Assembly: GCA_964016885.1 (NCBI GenBank)
Contig: OZ024742.1
Location: forward strand, 1,798,001 to 1,862,000
Origin: Eledone cirrhosa
Taxonomy: Eukaryota
Length of the DNA stretch: 64,000 bases
Direction of reading: 5' to 3'
The translations under genes and the position numbers were made by a program. Within the stretch, counting starts at the first letter, position 1; each line of letters opens with the position of its first letter. The notes under the pieces were generated by a model that saw only the letters and a program-made list of their open reading frames with translations, did no database searches and was not told the origin of the DNA. Shown here in pieces: positions 33,701 to 46,699 of the stretch.

Positions 33701-35952
33701 GATAAGTATATATATGTATATATACATGTGGAGGATATGTATATATATATATATACATATGGAGGATAAGTATATATATATACATGTAGAGGATAAGTAT
33801 ATATATATATACAAGTGAAACATAAGTATATATATATACATGTGAAGGATAAGTATATATATACATGTGAAGGATAACTATATATATATACAAGTGAAGG
33901 ATAAGTATATATATATACATGGTGTGTAGGATAACTATATATATATACAAGTGAAGGATATGTATATATATAAACATGTTTGTGAATGATAAGTATATAT
34001 ATATACATGTGGCGAATAAGTATATATATATACATGTGAAGGATAAGTATATATATATATATATACATGTTGTGAAGGATAAGTATATATATATATATAT
34101 ATACATGTGGAGGATAAGTATATATATATATATATATACATTTGAACGATATGTATATATATATATATACATGTGGAGGATATGTATATATATACACATG
34201 TGAAGGATAAGTATATATATATATACATGTGAAGGATAAGTATATATATATATACATGTGAAGGATAAGTATATATATATACATGTTTGTGTAGGATAAC
34301 TATATATATATATACATGTTGTGAAGGATAACTATATATATATATACATGTGGAGGATAAGTATATATATATATACATGTGAAGGATAAGTATATATATA
34401 CATGTGAAGGATAAGTATATATATATACATGTTTGTGATGGATACGGATATATATATACATGTTTGTGAATGATAAGTATATAGATATATATACATGTTT
34501 TTGAAGGATAACTATATATATATACATATGTAGGATAAGTATATATATATACATGTTGTGTAGGATAAGTATATATATCATCATCATCATTATTCTTCGA
34601 TTACTGTCGAGATGATGGATCTCACTCTTATGCCCTGTCCCCATCGCCGCCCCAGGTCCTCTCTACTGATTCCCGTATCCCTAGAGATATACATGTGAAG
34701 GATAACTATATATATATAGCTACATGTTTGTGGCGGATAAGTGTATATATATATACATGTTTGTGGCGGATAAGTGTATATATATACATGTGAAGGATAA
34801 CTATATATATATATACATGTTGTGAAGGAAAAGTATATATATATATACATGTGAAGGATAACTATATATATATATACATATTGTGATGGATAAGTATATA
34901 TATATATACATGTTTGTGGAGTATAAGTATATATATATATACATGTTTGTGGTGGATATATATATATATACATGTTTGTGAAGGACAACTATATATATAC
35001 ATGTTTGTGAAGGATAAGTATATTTATATACATGTGAAGGATAAGTATATATATATACAAGTGTAGGATAAGTATATATATATATATATACATGTTGTGA
35101 AGGATAAGTATATATATATATATATATACATGTGGAGGATATGTATATATATATACATGTGGAGGATAAGTATATATATATACATGTGGAGGACAAGTAT
35201 ATATATATATATACATGTGGAGGATAAGTATATATATATATACATGGGAAGGATAAGTATATATATATACATGTGGAGGATATGTATATATATATACATG
35301 TGAAGGATATATATATATATATACATGTGTAGCGTAAGTATATACATTAATGTAAAGGATAAGTATATATATATACATGTTGTGAAGGATAAGTATATAT
35401 ATATATATACATGTGAAGGATAAGTATATATATATACTTGTGAAGAATAAGTATATATATATATACATGTTTGTGAAGGATAACTATATATATATACATG
35501 TTTGTGAAGGATAAGTATATTTATATACATGTGAAGGATAAGTATATATATATACATGTGAAGGATAAGTATATATATATATATACATGTGGAGGATATG
35601 TATATATATATACATGTGAAGGATAAGTGTATATATATACATGAAGGATAACTATATATATATACATGTGAAGGATAAGTATATATATATATACATGTGA
35701 AGGATAAGTGTATATATATACATGAAGGATAAGTATATATATATACATGTGAAGGATAAGTATATATATATATACTTGTGGAGGATATGTATATATATAT
35801 ACATGTGAAGAATAAGTATATATATATACATGTGTAGCATAAGTTTATATATATACATGTAAAGCATAAGTATATATATATACATGTTGTGAAGGATAAG
35901 TATATATATATACATGTGTAGCATAAGTATATATATATATATATATACATGT
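30770..35952. repeat. Minisatellite ACATGT(TTGT)GAAGGATAAGT(AT)n, ~5.2 kb
   Basis: Tandem units with variable (AT)n spacers. It explains the YIYILILHM ORFs. Confidence 0.97.
34578..34686 (-). mobile_element. 3' tip of an RTE/RTE-X-like LINE inserted in the minisatellite
   Basis: Reverse complement encodes SRDTGISREDL...SIISTVIEE* followed by an (ATG)n tail. Confidence 0.5.
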
Positions 35953-36405
35953 TTGCGTGTATTCAGGATATGCGTAGATAAAATATAAAGGAAATCAATG
36001 CTTAATCTATTGCTTAAAGCTTCCTAGATTTATCATGTATGCGTGACCTTTGGAGTCCAGTTCTGACCATCAGTAAAGGAGCCGTTTCAATAGTGGCTGC
36101 GCATCTAGCGCCAGGACAATATGAAGTTCGTCAGACCTCTACTGTTGATATTACAACAGCAGAGGTAAAACCAACTTTTAATTCCAGATTCGGGCCAAAT
36201 CGACATAGATCGAACCTTGTGCTGATCAATAGCGAAATGCGCGTCACCAATCAATAAACGTAATGATGTAACCACAATAAGTAAGGTACTCAATACGTTG
36301 CAGAGTATACATTTTTAAATATAGAAATGGCTTCTACAAGACTAGAACTGTTTCATTCGAAGGAAATCATCAAGATTTCCTTCGAATGAATATATATATA
36401 TATAT

Positions 36406-37462
36406 TGGCGTCCATCAGGGCTCTGTTCTCAGCCCCCTACTATTTATTATTGCCCTTCAGGCTATAACAAAGGAGTTCAAGCCCGGTTGCCCATGGGAAC
36501 TCCTATACGCAGATGACCTAACACTCATAGCTGAATCAATGGCCGAGCTAGAGAAGAAATTCCAAACATGGAAGCACGGCCTAGAATCAAAAGGCCTTAA
36601 AATTAACCTGACTAAGACTAAAGTTCTAGTTTGTAAGAAAGAAAATAAGGCGGCGGTCCCTTCCGGGAAGTGGCCATGCTCAGTGTGTAGGAAAGGCGTA
36701 GGCAGAAACTCCATTTTGTGTCCCAAATGCAAAGTATGGGTGCATAAAAGATGTAGTGGGATCACAGGTAAGCTAACTAAGAACATAGATTTTACATGTG
36801 GCCGGTGCTCTGGTGCAATAAGTAGCAGCAAGTGCCCACAAAATACTAGCTCTTTCAACTGCGCAGAGGGTTCTATAGAAATAGTGGACAGCTTCCGTTA
36901 CCTGGGTGACAAAATCAGCAGTGGGGGAGGGTGCTCTGAAAGTACAGTAGCTAGAGTCAGAACTGGATGGAAAAAGTTCAGAGAGCTTATACCACTATTA
37001 GCCGCTAAAGGGTTCTCCCTAAAAATGAAAGGCAGGTTGTACGATGCCTGCATACGAACAGCAATGTTGCATGGCAGTGAGACCTGGGCATTGTGTGCAG
37101 AGGATATACGCAGACTAGAGAGAAACGAAGCTTGCATGCTCCGCTGGATGTGTAATAGTAATATACGTGAACGGCAAAGCATAAACGAACTAAGGAAAAA
37201 ATTAGAAATAAGAGGGATCAGATGTTGTTTACTCGAGAGAAGGCTACGTTGGTATGGTCACGTGATGCGCATGAAGGACGATAGCTGTATAACAAAGTGC
37301 AGGGCAATAAAGATAGACGGTAGCCACGGAATAGGCAGGCCCAGAAAAACCTGGGACGAGCTGATAAATTCCGACCTCACACATTTACACCTCTCCAAGA
37401 CAATGTCACTGGACCGAGACCTTTGGCGGTACTCAGTAATAGAGAAGATCCGCCTTACCTAA
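36406..37462 (+). CDS. RTE reverse transcriptase C-terminal part containing a PHD-like zinc finger
   Basis: GVHQGSVLSPLLF, LLYADDL, INLTKTKVL, CSVC...CPKC..WVHKRC...CGRC, FRYLG, MLHGSETW, RRLRWYGHV, GRPRKTW. Open for ~350 codons but 5'-truncated. Confidence 0.88.
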
Positions 37463-37841
37463 ATACAAAGTAAAACCTACTACAGTCAGTAGGCATCTCT
37501 AACAAAATACCCCCCCCCATCCACACCGCCCCTTTCAATGTAAAGTTATGTTGGTGCCACAACATCCAGGCCGAAACAAATGAGATCGTGTAGGTGTCAC
37601 GTCAAAAAAACACACAGTCCACGCTGTAATGTGGCCGTGTAGGTAACACGGTAAAAACCTCCCAGACCCACACTGTAAATGTGGTTGGTGTTAGGAAGGG
37701 CATCCAGCTGTAGAAAACCCGCCAGATAGTCCTATGCGAGCAAGATAATCACTCTTGCCTCAAGTGGGAAAACTCCCGTCCAAACCCATGCAAGCGTGGA
37801 ACACGGACGTTAAACGATGATGATGATGATGATGATGATGA
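36406..37841 (+). mobile_element. 5'-truncated RTE-clade LINE with (GAT)n tail
   Basis: RT C-terminal ORF, 3' UTR and GACGTTAAAC(GAT)n tail. The 5' end is fused to (TA)n. Confidence 0.92.
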
Positions 37842-37949
37842 TATGTGATACCACTACAGAACAGAGACTAAACAAAATATTACTGTAGCTGATAAGAACA
37901 CGAGAAAAGCTATGGTTGAGAAAATGCTGGAGATTGAAAATAACAAACA

Positions 37950-38170
37950 TATTCTTAGTCTGCTGCTGACCTCTGATGAAGTCCATATTCACTTAGAGGG
38001 AAAGATCAATTGTAAGAACAATTTGTTCTGGGGGTCAGAAAAACCAACTGAAGTGACTCAGAAACATCTCAAGTGTACCATCTGGGCTGCATTTGTTGAT
38101 TGGTTCTCCTTCGAAAAACAAAGTGTCACTATTACAGTAACAAAGGAAGGCTATGTCGATATCCTGAAAT
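37950..38170 (+). pseudogene. Tc1/mariner-superfamily transposase fragment
   Basis: SDEVHIHLEGKINCKNNLFWGSEKP...KCTIWAA resembles the SDEAHFHLNGYVNKQN..WG.ENP motif around the first catalytic Asp. Confidence 0.65.
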
Positions 38171-38634
38171 CCACCAGGAACTACACAGCCATACATATAA
38201 AACATAGGCACACACAAAAACGAACAAAAGGCATTATTGTGGAGTTTTCTTTTTCAATATATATATATTTTTTTACATTTTTATTTCATATTTTGTTCTT
38301 AAAATTATTTATGAATGAAAAGTTAATTTTTTTACTGAAAACATGGACTTGTAATGTGAAGAGTAAATTTGTTTGGATTATGTTTTGTTCTCTGTGATTC
38401 ACCTGCGACGCCATATTAACTAGGTTTCATCGAATGAAAAAAGACATCTTTTTCTGTTCAGTGGCTTTATATGCCCCGTTATTAAACTATTATATTAAGG
38501 CAATGTCTTCTAGTTCAATTTCCAAACTCCTCTCGCCGCTTTTGTTAAAACCATGATGTTAAAACCATCCACAACACAGAGTACTCTAACTGGGCTACCT
38601 CTAAGTGGATCACATATAACGATAACTTGTTATC

Positions 38635-38722
<88 letters not shown>

Positions 38723-38754
38723 GATGATGTGCTGAAGCGAGGAAATGCTATAAA

Positions 38755-38905
38755 GATAGGAAAGGCATCCAGCTGTGGAAACCTAGCCAGAAACAGTTCT
38801 GTATCATCAAGACACGGTCACCTGACCCAACTTGCCTCTAATAGGACAACCCATCTAACCCATGCTAGCGTGGAAAGTGGACATTAAACGATGCTGATGA
38901 TGATT
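38755..38905 (+). mobile_element. RTE-type 3' UTR/tail fragment
   Basis: AGGAAAGGCATCCAGCTGTGGAAACC...AACCCATGCTAGCGTGGAAAGTGGACATTAAACGATG matches 37690-37841. Confidence 0.7.
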
Positions 38906-39374
38906 CTCCCCATCATGACATTCATTTTACATCTACTTTCCATGTTGTTACGAGTTTGTCTGAGTTCTCACTAGGAATTACTTCCCTTTTAGTCGGGTCT
39001 ATCTCGTATGATCTAGTTTTGGAGGTGTCGTTTCGACGACAATTGCCTTTCCTGATACCAACCACTTTACATAGCGTCTGTCTCCTGCCTAAGTAATCTC
39101 CTTACTGTTTGAGATTGATAGCTATATAGAGCAGCCATGTCAAACTGAGGGTCCCACGAGGGCCACATATGTGTTGTCTGAAGGCCACACATGACAACTA
39201 ATTTTACAAAGATAAAACATGCTCGCGCTGTAAAAACCTTTGTGCGGGACGCGGGTGTGTTTGTAAAGGGCCGCATGTTTGACATGTCTGATATAGAGTA
39301 CACAATTGAAAGGCTTGGTGAATAGTAATCGAAATCGCTTGGCGTCGCGGTCGTGTTTTTATCTCCTCTCTCTT

Positions 39375-39410
<36 letters not shown>

Positions 39411-39544
39411 AGGGTTGACGGACCCACCACATTTATCAATGCCAGTACCGGTTGTATCTCAGCGCACTCAGTGGGCAATGTAAGATACATTACCGGAGTA
39501 TACACATAGTTATTTGCCTCAACACAACACACGTAAAACGGGTG

Positions 39545-39617
<73 letters not shown>

Positions 39618-39661
39618 GCCGTCGAAACGGCTTGAGCTCTGCCGTCGGGGTGATACTTTTT

Positions 39662-39696
<35 letters not shown>

Positions 39697-39925
39697 TTGT
39701 ATGGTTGTGTGTGTGTATATGTGTATATATATGCATAATTACATACAGTGTGATTTAATGTTTATTTTCATTGATTATTTGAACCAGGAATTTGTTGAGT
39801 GCTCTAAATCAGTTATAAACATTTATACCTTTATCTATTTATTTATTATTTGTCGTATTCCCAACTATTTGTTTACCCCTTCCACCTTTTTATTTTTATA
39901 TATATATAATATTTATGTATTTTCT

Positions 39926-39960
<35 letters not shown>

Positions 39961-40286
39961 ATGTATATATTTATATGTATGTATGTGTAAATGTGTGTAT
40001 TGCTTACCACGTGTGTTTGTTTATTTATTTGTGTCCTTTCCTGTATCGCTGTCAACTTTATAATCATTTTTATTTTCTTAAGTCGTATATTTTTTATTTT
40101 TCTGTGACGGCCTATTGCATTATATGGTTGTTCATTGTTTTTTCTTTTTTTTTTTTCTTATAATTAATTGTCTGTGTGCGTATGTAGGTGTGTGTACATA
40201 TATCTATATATGTGTGTGCGTATGTATGCGTGTATATATGTGTGTATGTATGTGTATGTATGTACGTGTGTATATATGTATGATTA

Positions 40287-40347
<61 letters not shown>

Positions 40348-40377
40348 TTGTGTATTTATGTGTATGTGTATGTATGG

Positions 40378-40409
<32 letters not shown>

Positions 40410-40420
40410 ATATATGTATG

Positions 40421-40462
<42 letters not shown>

Positions 40463-40608
40463 GTGTGTGTGTGCGTGTGTGTGTACATGTGTGTTTATCT
40501 ACTTTTATATTTATTCTTTTTCCTTTCCTTCTTCCTTTTCCAGCCTCACTTTCATATAGATTATATTTTTGTTTTTAAAATCCACTGTCAATAAATACAC
40601 CAGGATTT

Positions 40609-40669
40609 TTTCATTCTGATGACTGAAAGCAAATTTTGTTTGCTTTCAAGAAACCACTGGTAAATGAAA
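40609..40669 (+). ncRNA. Type I hammerhead ribozyme-like motif
   Basis: TTTCATT-CTGATGA-C TGAAAGCAAA ttttg TTTGCTTTCA A-GAAA-CC act GG-TA-AATGAAA. Perfect 7-bp stem I, 10-bp stem II with a C-A closing mismatch, GUA triplet. Confidence 0.8.
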
Positions 40670-41147
40670 TAATTATCTTATGTTGTTTATTACATAACTA
40701 ATAAGCTCTGTAACCTACATAGAGCACTCTTTTTTCCTGGACCTTTCCGACGGAATTACTTCATTCACACACACACACACATATATATATACACAGTTTA
40801 AGAGTAACCAATCTTAAAAAGAGAGATGGAGATAAGAGAGGAGAAGTGAGATTGGTGAATTAGTTAGAAGCCAAAGCGTAACGGCATGTGCTCAATGTGC
40901 AATATGCAGTGGAAGGCAGCTAGGTGGCTGGGTTCATCCAGAGGTAAGGTGCACAGAGCTGGAAATATTCATTAGTTAAGCAAAACAAGACCACAAATTT
41001 CACAAGGAAGACATTATTAAAAGATTGTCAACATAGTTTTAGTTTAATGTAAGGAATGTAAATAACAATAATAATAATACAATTGTTTCGCTACTCCATA
41101 TAATGTTTCTGGATCAAATGATTATAGATCATTATTGATCTGGTTCA

Positions 41148-41335
41148 GGGCGGTGGATTGGCAGTATCGGTGGAGGGTCGGACGTCATGCTTTCCAGCAT
41201 TGTTACGTCCCTTTACGATCTGAGTTCAAATCCAGCCGAGGTTGACTTTGCCTTTCATCCTTACGGGGTCGATAAAATAAAGTACCAGTAATGCACTGGG
41301 TAATTGCTGGCCTTGTGCCTAAAGTAGAAACAATT
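41148..41335 (+). mobile_element. Full-length SINE S1 with 18-bp target-site duplication
   Basis: ATTATTGATCTGGTTCAG at 41131-41148 and 41333-41350. The empty site is visible in the paralog near 53794. Confidence 0.92.
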
Positions 41336-41742
41336 ATTGATCTGGTTCAGTTGAAGATAATTAACTTAGGTAAAATTGGAGCAGCTCATCGGAGCTTCAA
41401 AAGGAATATAAATTAAGGTAAAGAAAGATGTTTACATGAATTTAATGTTCCATATATTGGTATTTCACTATGGTGTCCTGGGTATATATATTGTCTGCCA
41501 TAGGCGAGCAATATATCCAGGATACTATAGTGAAATACCAATATATGGAACATTACATTCATGTAAACATCTTTCTTTACCTTAATTTATATTCCTTTTG
41601 AAGTTCCGATGAACTGCTCCTATTTTACCTAAGTTAATTATCTTCAACTGAACCAGATCAATAATGATCTATAATCATTTGATCCAGAAACATTATATGG
41701 AGTAGCGAAACAATTGTAAACGGACATTATTAGTATTATTAT

Positions 41743-41832
41743 TGCCTTTCATCCTTACGGGGTCGATAAAATAAAGTACCAATAATGCACTGGTAATTGC
41801 TGTCCTTGTGCCTAAAGTAGAAACAATTATTA
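41743..41832 (+). mobile_element. 5'-truncated SINE S1
   Basis: GCCTTTCATCCTTACGGGGTCGATAAAATAAAGTACC...CCTAAAGTAGAAACAATTATT. Confidence 0.85.
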
Positions 41833-41929
41833 TTATTCTTTACATTCCTTACATTAAACTAAAACTATGTTGACAATCTTAAAATAATGTCTTCTTTGTG
41901 AAATTTGTGGTCTTGTTTTGCTTAACTAA

Positions 41930-42043
<114 letters not shown>

Positions 42044-43394
42044 CTTCTCTCCTTTCAGAATAAACTAGAAAGACATTGAAACACCTTAGTCATCTTACTT
42101 TGCTTTTGTTTTCCTTATATTTTAATAAATTCAACTTCAATCTAACGCCAATATTTCTCGTCTTTAGTTTAAGGTAACACACAAAAGATACATAGAAGCA
42201 ATGGAAAGGGAAATTGGTGGTGAGTGAGATGATTGATTTGTTTTTGTTAAATTTCTCTGTCGTCACATACTGATATTTTCAGCTAAATTAGTCAGAATTA
42301 TGTGGGTTAGAGCCTCTATTAATGTACCGGTAAACAGCAACATTTCAGAAATCTCCAACTTTGTTTTGGAATATCTTATTAAATGTTATTAAGCATGACT
42401 GGTTGGACAATTGAACAATAATACACAGGGTCAAAGTGGGGAAAGTAATATATAAAAAAGAGGATATTTTTTAATATACAGAGATCCAGAATCTAGTTCG
42501 TCAGATATGGTCACCGAGATGGGTTTCCCCCTTTTATTAAATTGATAAAAAACGTCTTTTAATAAATAAAGCAGAACATTTTGACATATTATCATCAAAA
42601 TGGGAAATGCTTTATTTGAAATGTAATAGGGGTTTAAAGTTTGAAGTTATTTAACCTCAATTAAACCAGGCCATGTCTTAGTTTTCTCATATTAGCTGGT
42701 CATCCAACTGCAAGTTATTAGTTTTACATATTAGTACCTCTTCTGGTCTGAGAACATCGCAAGGTGGGTGTGTCCTTTGATTGTTCCTCATACCACATTA
42801 CACAATCAGTGAGATTTAGAATCATTTATTAGCTTCTAACAATTAGAAAATATTATGAAATATTCATCCAACAATACTTCTGACAGACACAAAGGCCCTG
42901 GGGAGAAGCGGAGTATAATCGATTAAATCATCTCAGTATTTGATTGATATTTATTTACTTTTAATTTTCTTCTTTTTTCTACCAACGAATGAATCAACGG
43001 TAAAATGGACTTCGGCTGTGTTGTGCTTCAGAACATAGAGACAGGTACTAAACATCACGTGACAATTTGGCCGCCATTAACAATTCTACCGACCCATCAA
43101 CCTTCGGTAACAATCAAATACCTTCAAATGTTTTCTTATATTTACTGGCTTTATATTTATAAATCTGGACCAGGAAGCTCCAAAGATTAGTTGGTTGTAT
43201 TGGAGATATTTTGTCATATTCCTTGGATGAGGCAGAAGTTAGGGTCGCTATATACTCTACAACGATGGTTGGGGTGGATGGTGCTTTCAATTTCTCTACC
43301 ACAATAAAAAATAATCTCAGAGTAGAAAAAAAAAGAAAAGAAAATATCTTTAACGAGCTGGTTTGAAACTCACTTCATATACCAACCTATTAAT

Positions 43395-43672
43395 GTGTGT
43401 TGGTGGTTGTTTTAATCACCTTATCATCGTATCTGTTGTGTTGGTGGTTGTTTTAATCACCTTATCATCGTATCTGTTGTGTTGGTGGTTGTTTTAATCA
43501 ACTTATCATCATATCTGTTGTGTTGGTGGTTGTTTTAATCACCGTATCATCATATCTGTTGTGTTGGTGGCTGTTTTAATCATCGTATCTGTTGTGTTGG
43601 TGGCTGTTTTAATCATCGTATATGTTGTGTTGGTGGTTGTTTTAATCACCGTATCATCGTATCTGTTGTGTT
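43395..43672. repeat. 41-bp minisatellite TGTGTTGGTGGTTGTTTTAATCACCTTATCATCGTATCTGT
   Basis: Period 41, about 7 copies. Confidence 0.9.
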
Positions 43673-44115
43673 GATATTAAACTGTTTTTGATTTGATTTG
43701 ATTTGTTTTTTTTATTATAACAGGGACTAGAATCGATTGGTTTGATGACTCTACGACATTTTGAGAATTTATTTAAGAAAATATAAGAGTCAAAAACCAA
43801 CTTAAAGTAGGATATTGATCTGCGGCACTAAATCCTCGTTATCTGTAAAACACACAAATAATAATACATTGTTGAAGATATGATGTACGCCATAGCTACC
43901 ACACATCAGGAATATTGTCTTAATATTTGTGCCTATTACCAACACTGTCAGCTGGAGATTTTTCGTCTTTTGCCGGATTGTAATTAATGAGAGACGAACA
44001 AAATGGAAACCGTTTTTCGCAAGAATTCAGAAAGAAAATTAAGTTTTTCTAATATTCTTTTAGTCACCATTTTTTTTCTTGTTTTTTTTTTGTTCTTTAT
44101 TGTTTCATTTTTATT

Positions 44116-46076
44116 TTATTTTTTCTTGGAACATTTGCGATAAAATAAAAATTTAATCAAGTCTTTATAGGCGTCACTAAATCTCTTATTCATTAAACCG
44201 TAAATTAACGGGTTAAAACAACTATTTGCATAACCAAGGAACAAGGATGCTATATCAGCTTCCCTGGGTACCTTTGTATTCATATATAGACTACACAACA
44301 TTGTAATACAGAACGGTAACCAAGACACAAAAAATACAATAATGACAACAAACAGAGAAAATGTAATACGGATCTCCTCACGTCTCCTGCGTAAATGACG
44401 GAGTGGAATCACAGCGGAGCGACCTTTCCGAGAATTTTCCAAGGGTAATCTAAAATGAGGCATTAAAATTGCCTTTTTAACTTTAATTTGGCTTCTGGCG
44501 AATTTGCGAGATTTCGTAACGTTGGACATTTTCACCCGCATATTCGGACCGTCGGCTGAGTTTCTTATATCTTTCATGGGAACCCAAAACTGTGATTTCC
44601 GTGGTGTATTATTCTCTAACTTCAGAGAAGACAGAGAAAATATTTTTCTCAGATTGTATCTACCTGCGCCACTACGTCGTTTTTTCTTGGATATGTTTGG
44701 TCTCTCAGTATTCGTAACATGTCTTTCGGTATCTGTGGGCGATAAGTCTGTTTGGTTAGTTAACGAATTGGCTAAGTACGAACAAGATTTGCTCGTTTCA
44801 ATGTCTTTAACCCTTGAACAGGTACTCTGCTTATTTAAATCACGGTTTTCTTCTTGTGTGTTGAACTTCTGGTCATTTTTATCCAATGACATTTCATCAG
44901 TCGTCTCCTTTGAGCCTTCATTATCACCAGTTTCTGGCTGTTTACCATGGCCACAATTGTAGCTTTCGTCATCCATGTCCTTCAATTCAGTTGTGTTCTT
45001 CACACGACCAGTCTCTCTATTTCTCTCGTTAATCAACTCACTCGCGGAATCTGGGCTGCTTTCATCCGGAGTTTCGTCACAATCTTCATCACCCTTCTTC
45101 TCACGATCCTCGTCATCATTGCTACCCATCGAGAACGTAACAGGCACTATGACGACACCATTCGATTGAATCTCCTCCTCCTGTCCTGTGGTGTAAGAGG
45201 GAGCTTCAGTGAGAGGAGGTGTTTTTTCCTTCACCTCGTCGTCGTCATTCTTCACGTTGACCACGTCTTCATTCTCACAGCTACCCTCTGTAATATCAAC
45301 AGAACTGTTACCAGCTGTATGTTGCCAATTGATGTCAGGTGACCGAGTGACAGGGAATTGTGACACAGGGTCAGATATTTGGCTGCCTGATGAAAGTATG
45401 GGTGATTGAACCATCGGTGATTGGATCATTGGTGAGGTAGTTTCAGGTGAACTGAGATTTAAAATAGTCTCACATGACATATTACGTGCGACCAGAGAAG
45501 GGTTATTGGTGAACCGAGTGGTGGTATTTAGGTTATCATCGGAATCACTTTGTATTATGGATTCGTCCTTCACCGGATGAAGACTTGGGTCTTGGGACTT
45601 CTGACAAACAATTATCTCGCTTATCTCTGGAGAATCCCATCCATCATTTTCGTTGGTTCGTTTTTGTTGAGCTAAGTTTTGTCTCAAGGTTGTGGCATAA
45701 TCAGTTAATTTCTTGGCATTGACGGGGTCGATATGTAAGTGTGTGCCGTTTCTCAGTCTTTCCGGCTCGGAGATTGTATCATGCAAAATTTTGGAACGAC
45801 AATCAGTTTTTTGACATAAACTTTCCATATCAACGCTGATTCTTTGATCTAAGTTCATTAATCGACGGTTGCTGTTTCGTACAGATGTGATAATCCGTAC
45901 ATAGCAGAATGACATAACAACACAAGGAACACAGAAACACATTCCTATCATAAAGAACGTATAAGTTTTAGATTGCTTCCAGTTACAAAAACAAAATGAT
46001 TGGTTCTCCAGAAACTCGTAGCTCCCCCATCCGAAGAAAGGTGGCGCTGCTAATAAACAGGATACGACCCAAACAA
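44116..46076 (-). CDS. Terminal coding exon of a class A (rhodopsin-like) GPCR, end of TM4 to helix 8, with very long ICL3
   Basis: Splice acceptor (pyrimidine tract + CAG, 46079-46077), phase 1. Then VWVVSCLLAAPPFFGWGSYEF..SFCFCNW (TM4/ECL2), TM5 TYTFFMIGMCFCVPCVVMSFCYVRI, TM6 ITFSLFVVIIVFFVSWLPF, TM7 LFLGYANSCFNPLIYGLMNKRF. No stops for ~650 codons. TM1-TM4 exons were not found in the window. Confidence 0.93.
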
Positions 46077-46171
46077 CTGTGAAAGAAAAGAAAAGAAAAA
46101 TAATGGTTTAGAAATTGGTTAAAAGATAAGAATTAGAGACTACATTATGTATGTGTTAACGTACATATAAC

Positions 46172-46284
<113 letters not shown>

Positions 46285-46642
46285 GGAAGCAGTAAGAAAG
46301 AAACAGACGGGTCAGAGCGGAGGAAAATATATAAATATGTGAAAAAATGGCATGCTGCGTGGTTGCAAATGAGTTACATATGAATAAAATTAGTCCTCCA
46401 TCAGTCTTCCAGCCTTCATTGGTATTTCATTGCTTTAAAGATCATATACCTCTGGTTGGTGCGAGCAACGGCTAAAGAAAGTCGTTGGGACACGTAAATA
46501 GGGGGAACGAGCGAGACAGTAAACAAACAAACAAAGATGGTAATGCAACGAAAAGTGAGGAAGAAGGAGTCAAGTCCCTGAAATCGAAGAACATAAGTTC
46601 TGTGAAATCATAGACATGTGTGTATATATCACCAGGAAAGCC

Positions 46643-46688
46643 TTTCCTGATGATTCCCTCGAATGAAACAGTTCTAGTCCTGTAGAAG
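46643..46688 (+). ncRNA. Type I hammerhead ribozyme-like motif (related minus-strand copy at ~36320-36375)
   Basis: TTTC-CTGATGA-TTC cctc GAAT-GAAA-CAG ttctagtc CTG-TA-GAAG. The same flanks GAAACAGTTCTAGTC.TGTAGAAGCCATTTCTATA occur inverted at 36320-36355. Confidence 0.55.
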
Positions 46689-46699
46689 CCATTTCTATA

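Noticed and set aside
26050-35952. Repeat with variable spacers that superficially resembles a CRISPR array
   Set aside because: Spacers are only (AT)n of variable length, the context is eukaryotic and there are no cas genes.
36195-36260. GAAA-(T/C)GCGCG-TC half-hammerhead shared with 52905-52972
   Set aside because: The repeat family is real, but no upstream CUGANGA or stem I partner was found, so it is not called a ribozyme.
44504-45409. Plus-strand ORFs overlapping the GPCR exon
   Set aside because: Antisense shadows of the real coding frame.
44116-46076. Opsin (PPFFGW motif)
   Set aside because: No Lys at TM7 position 7.43; Tyr is present instead.
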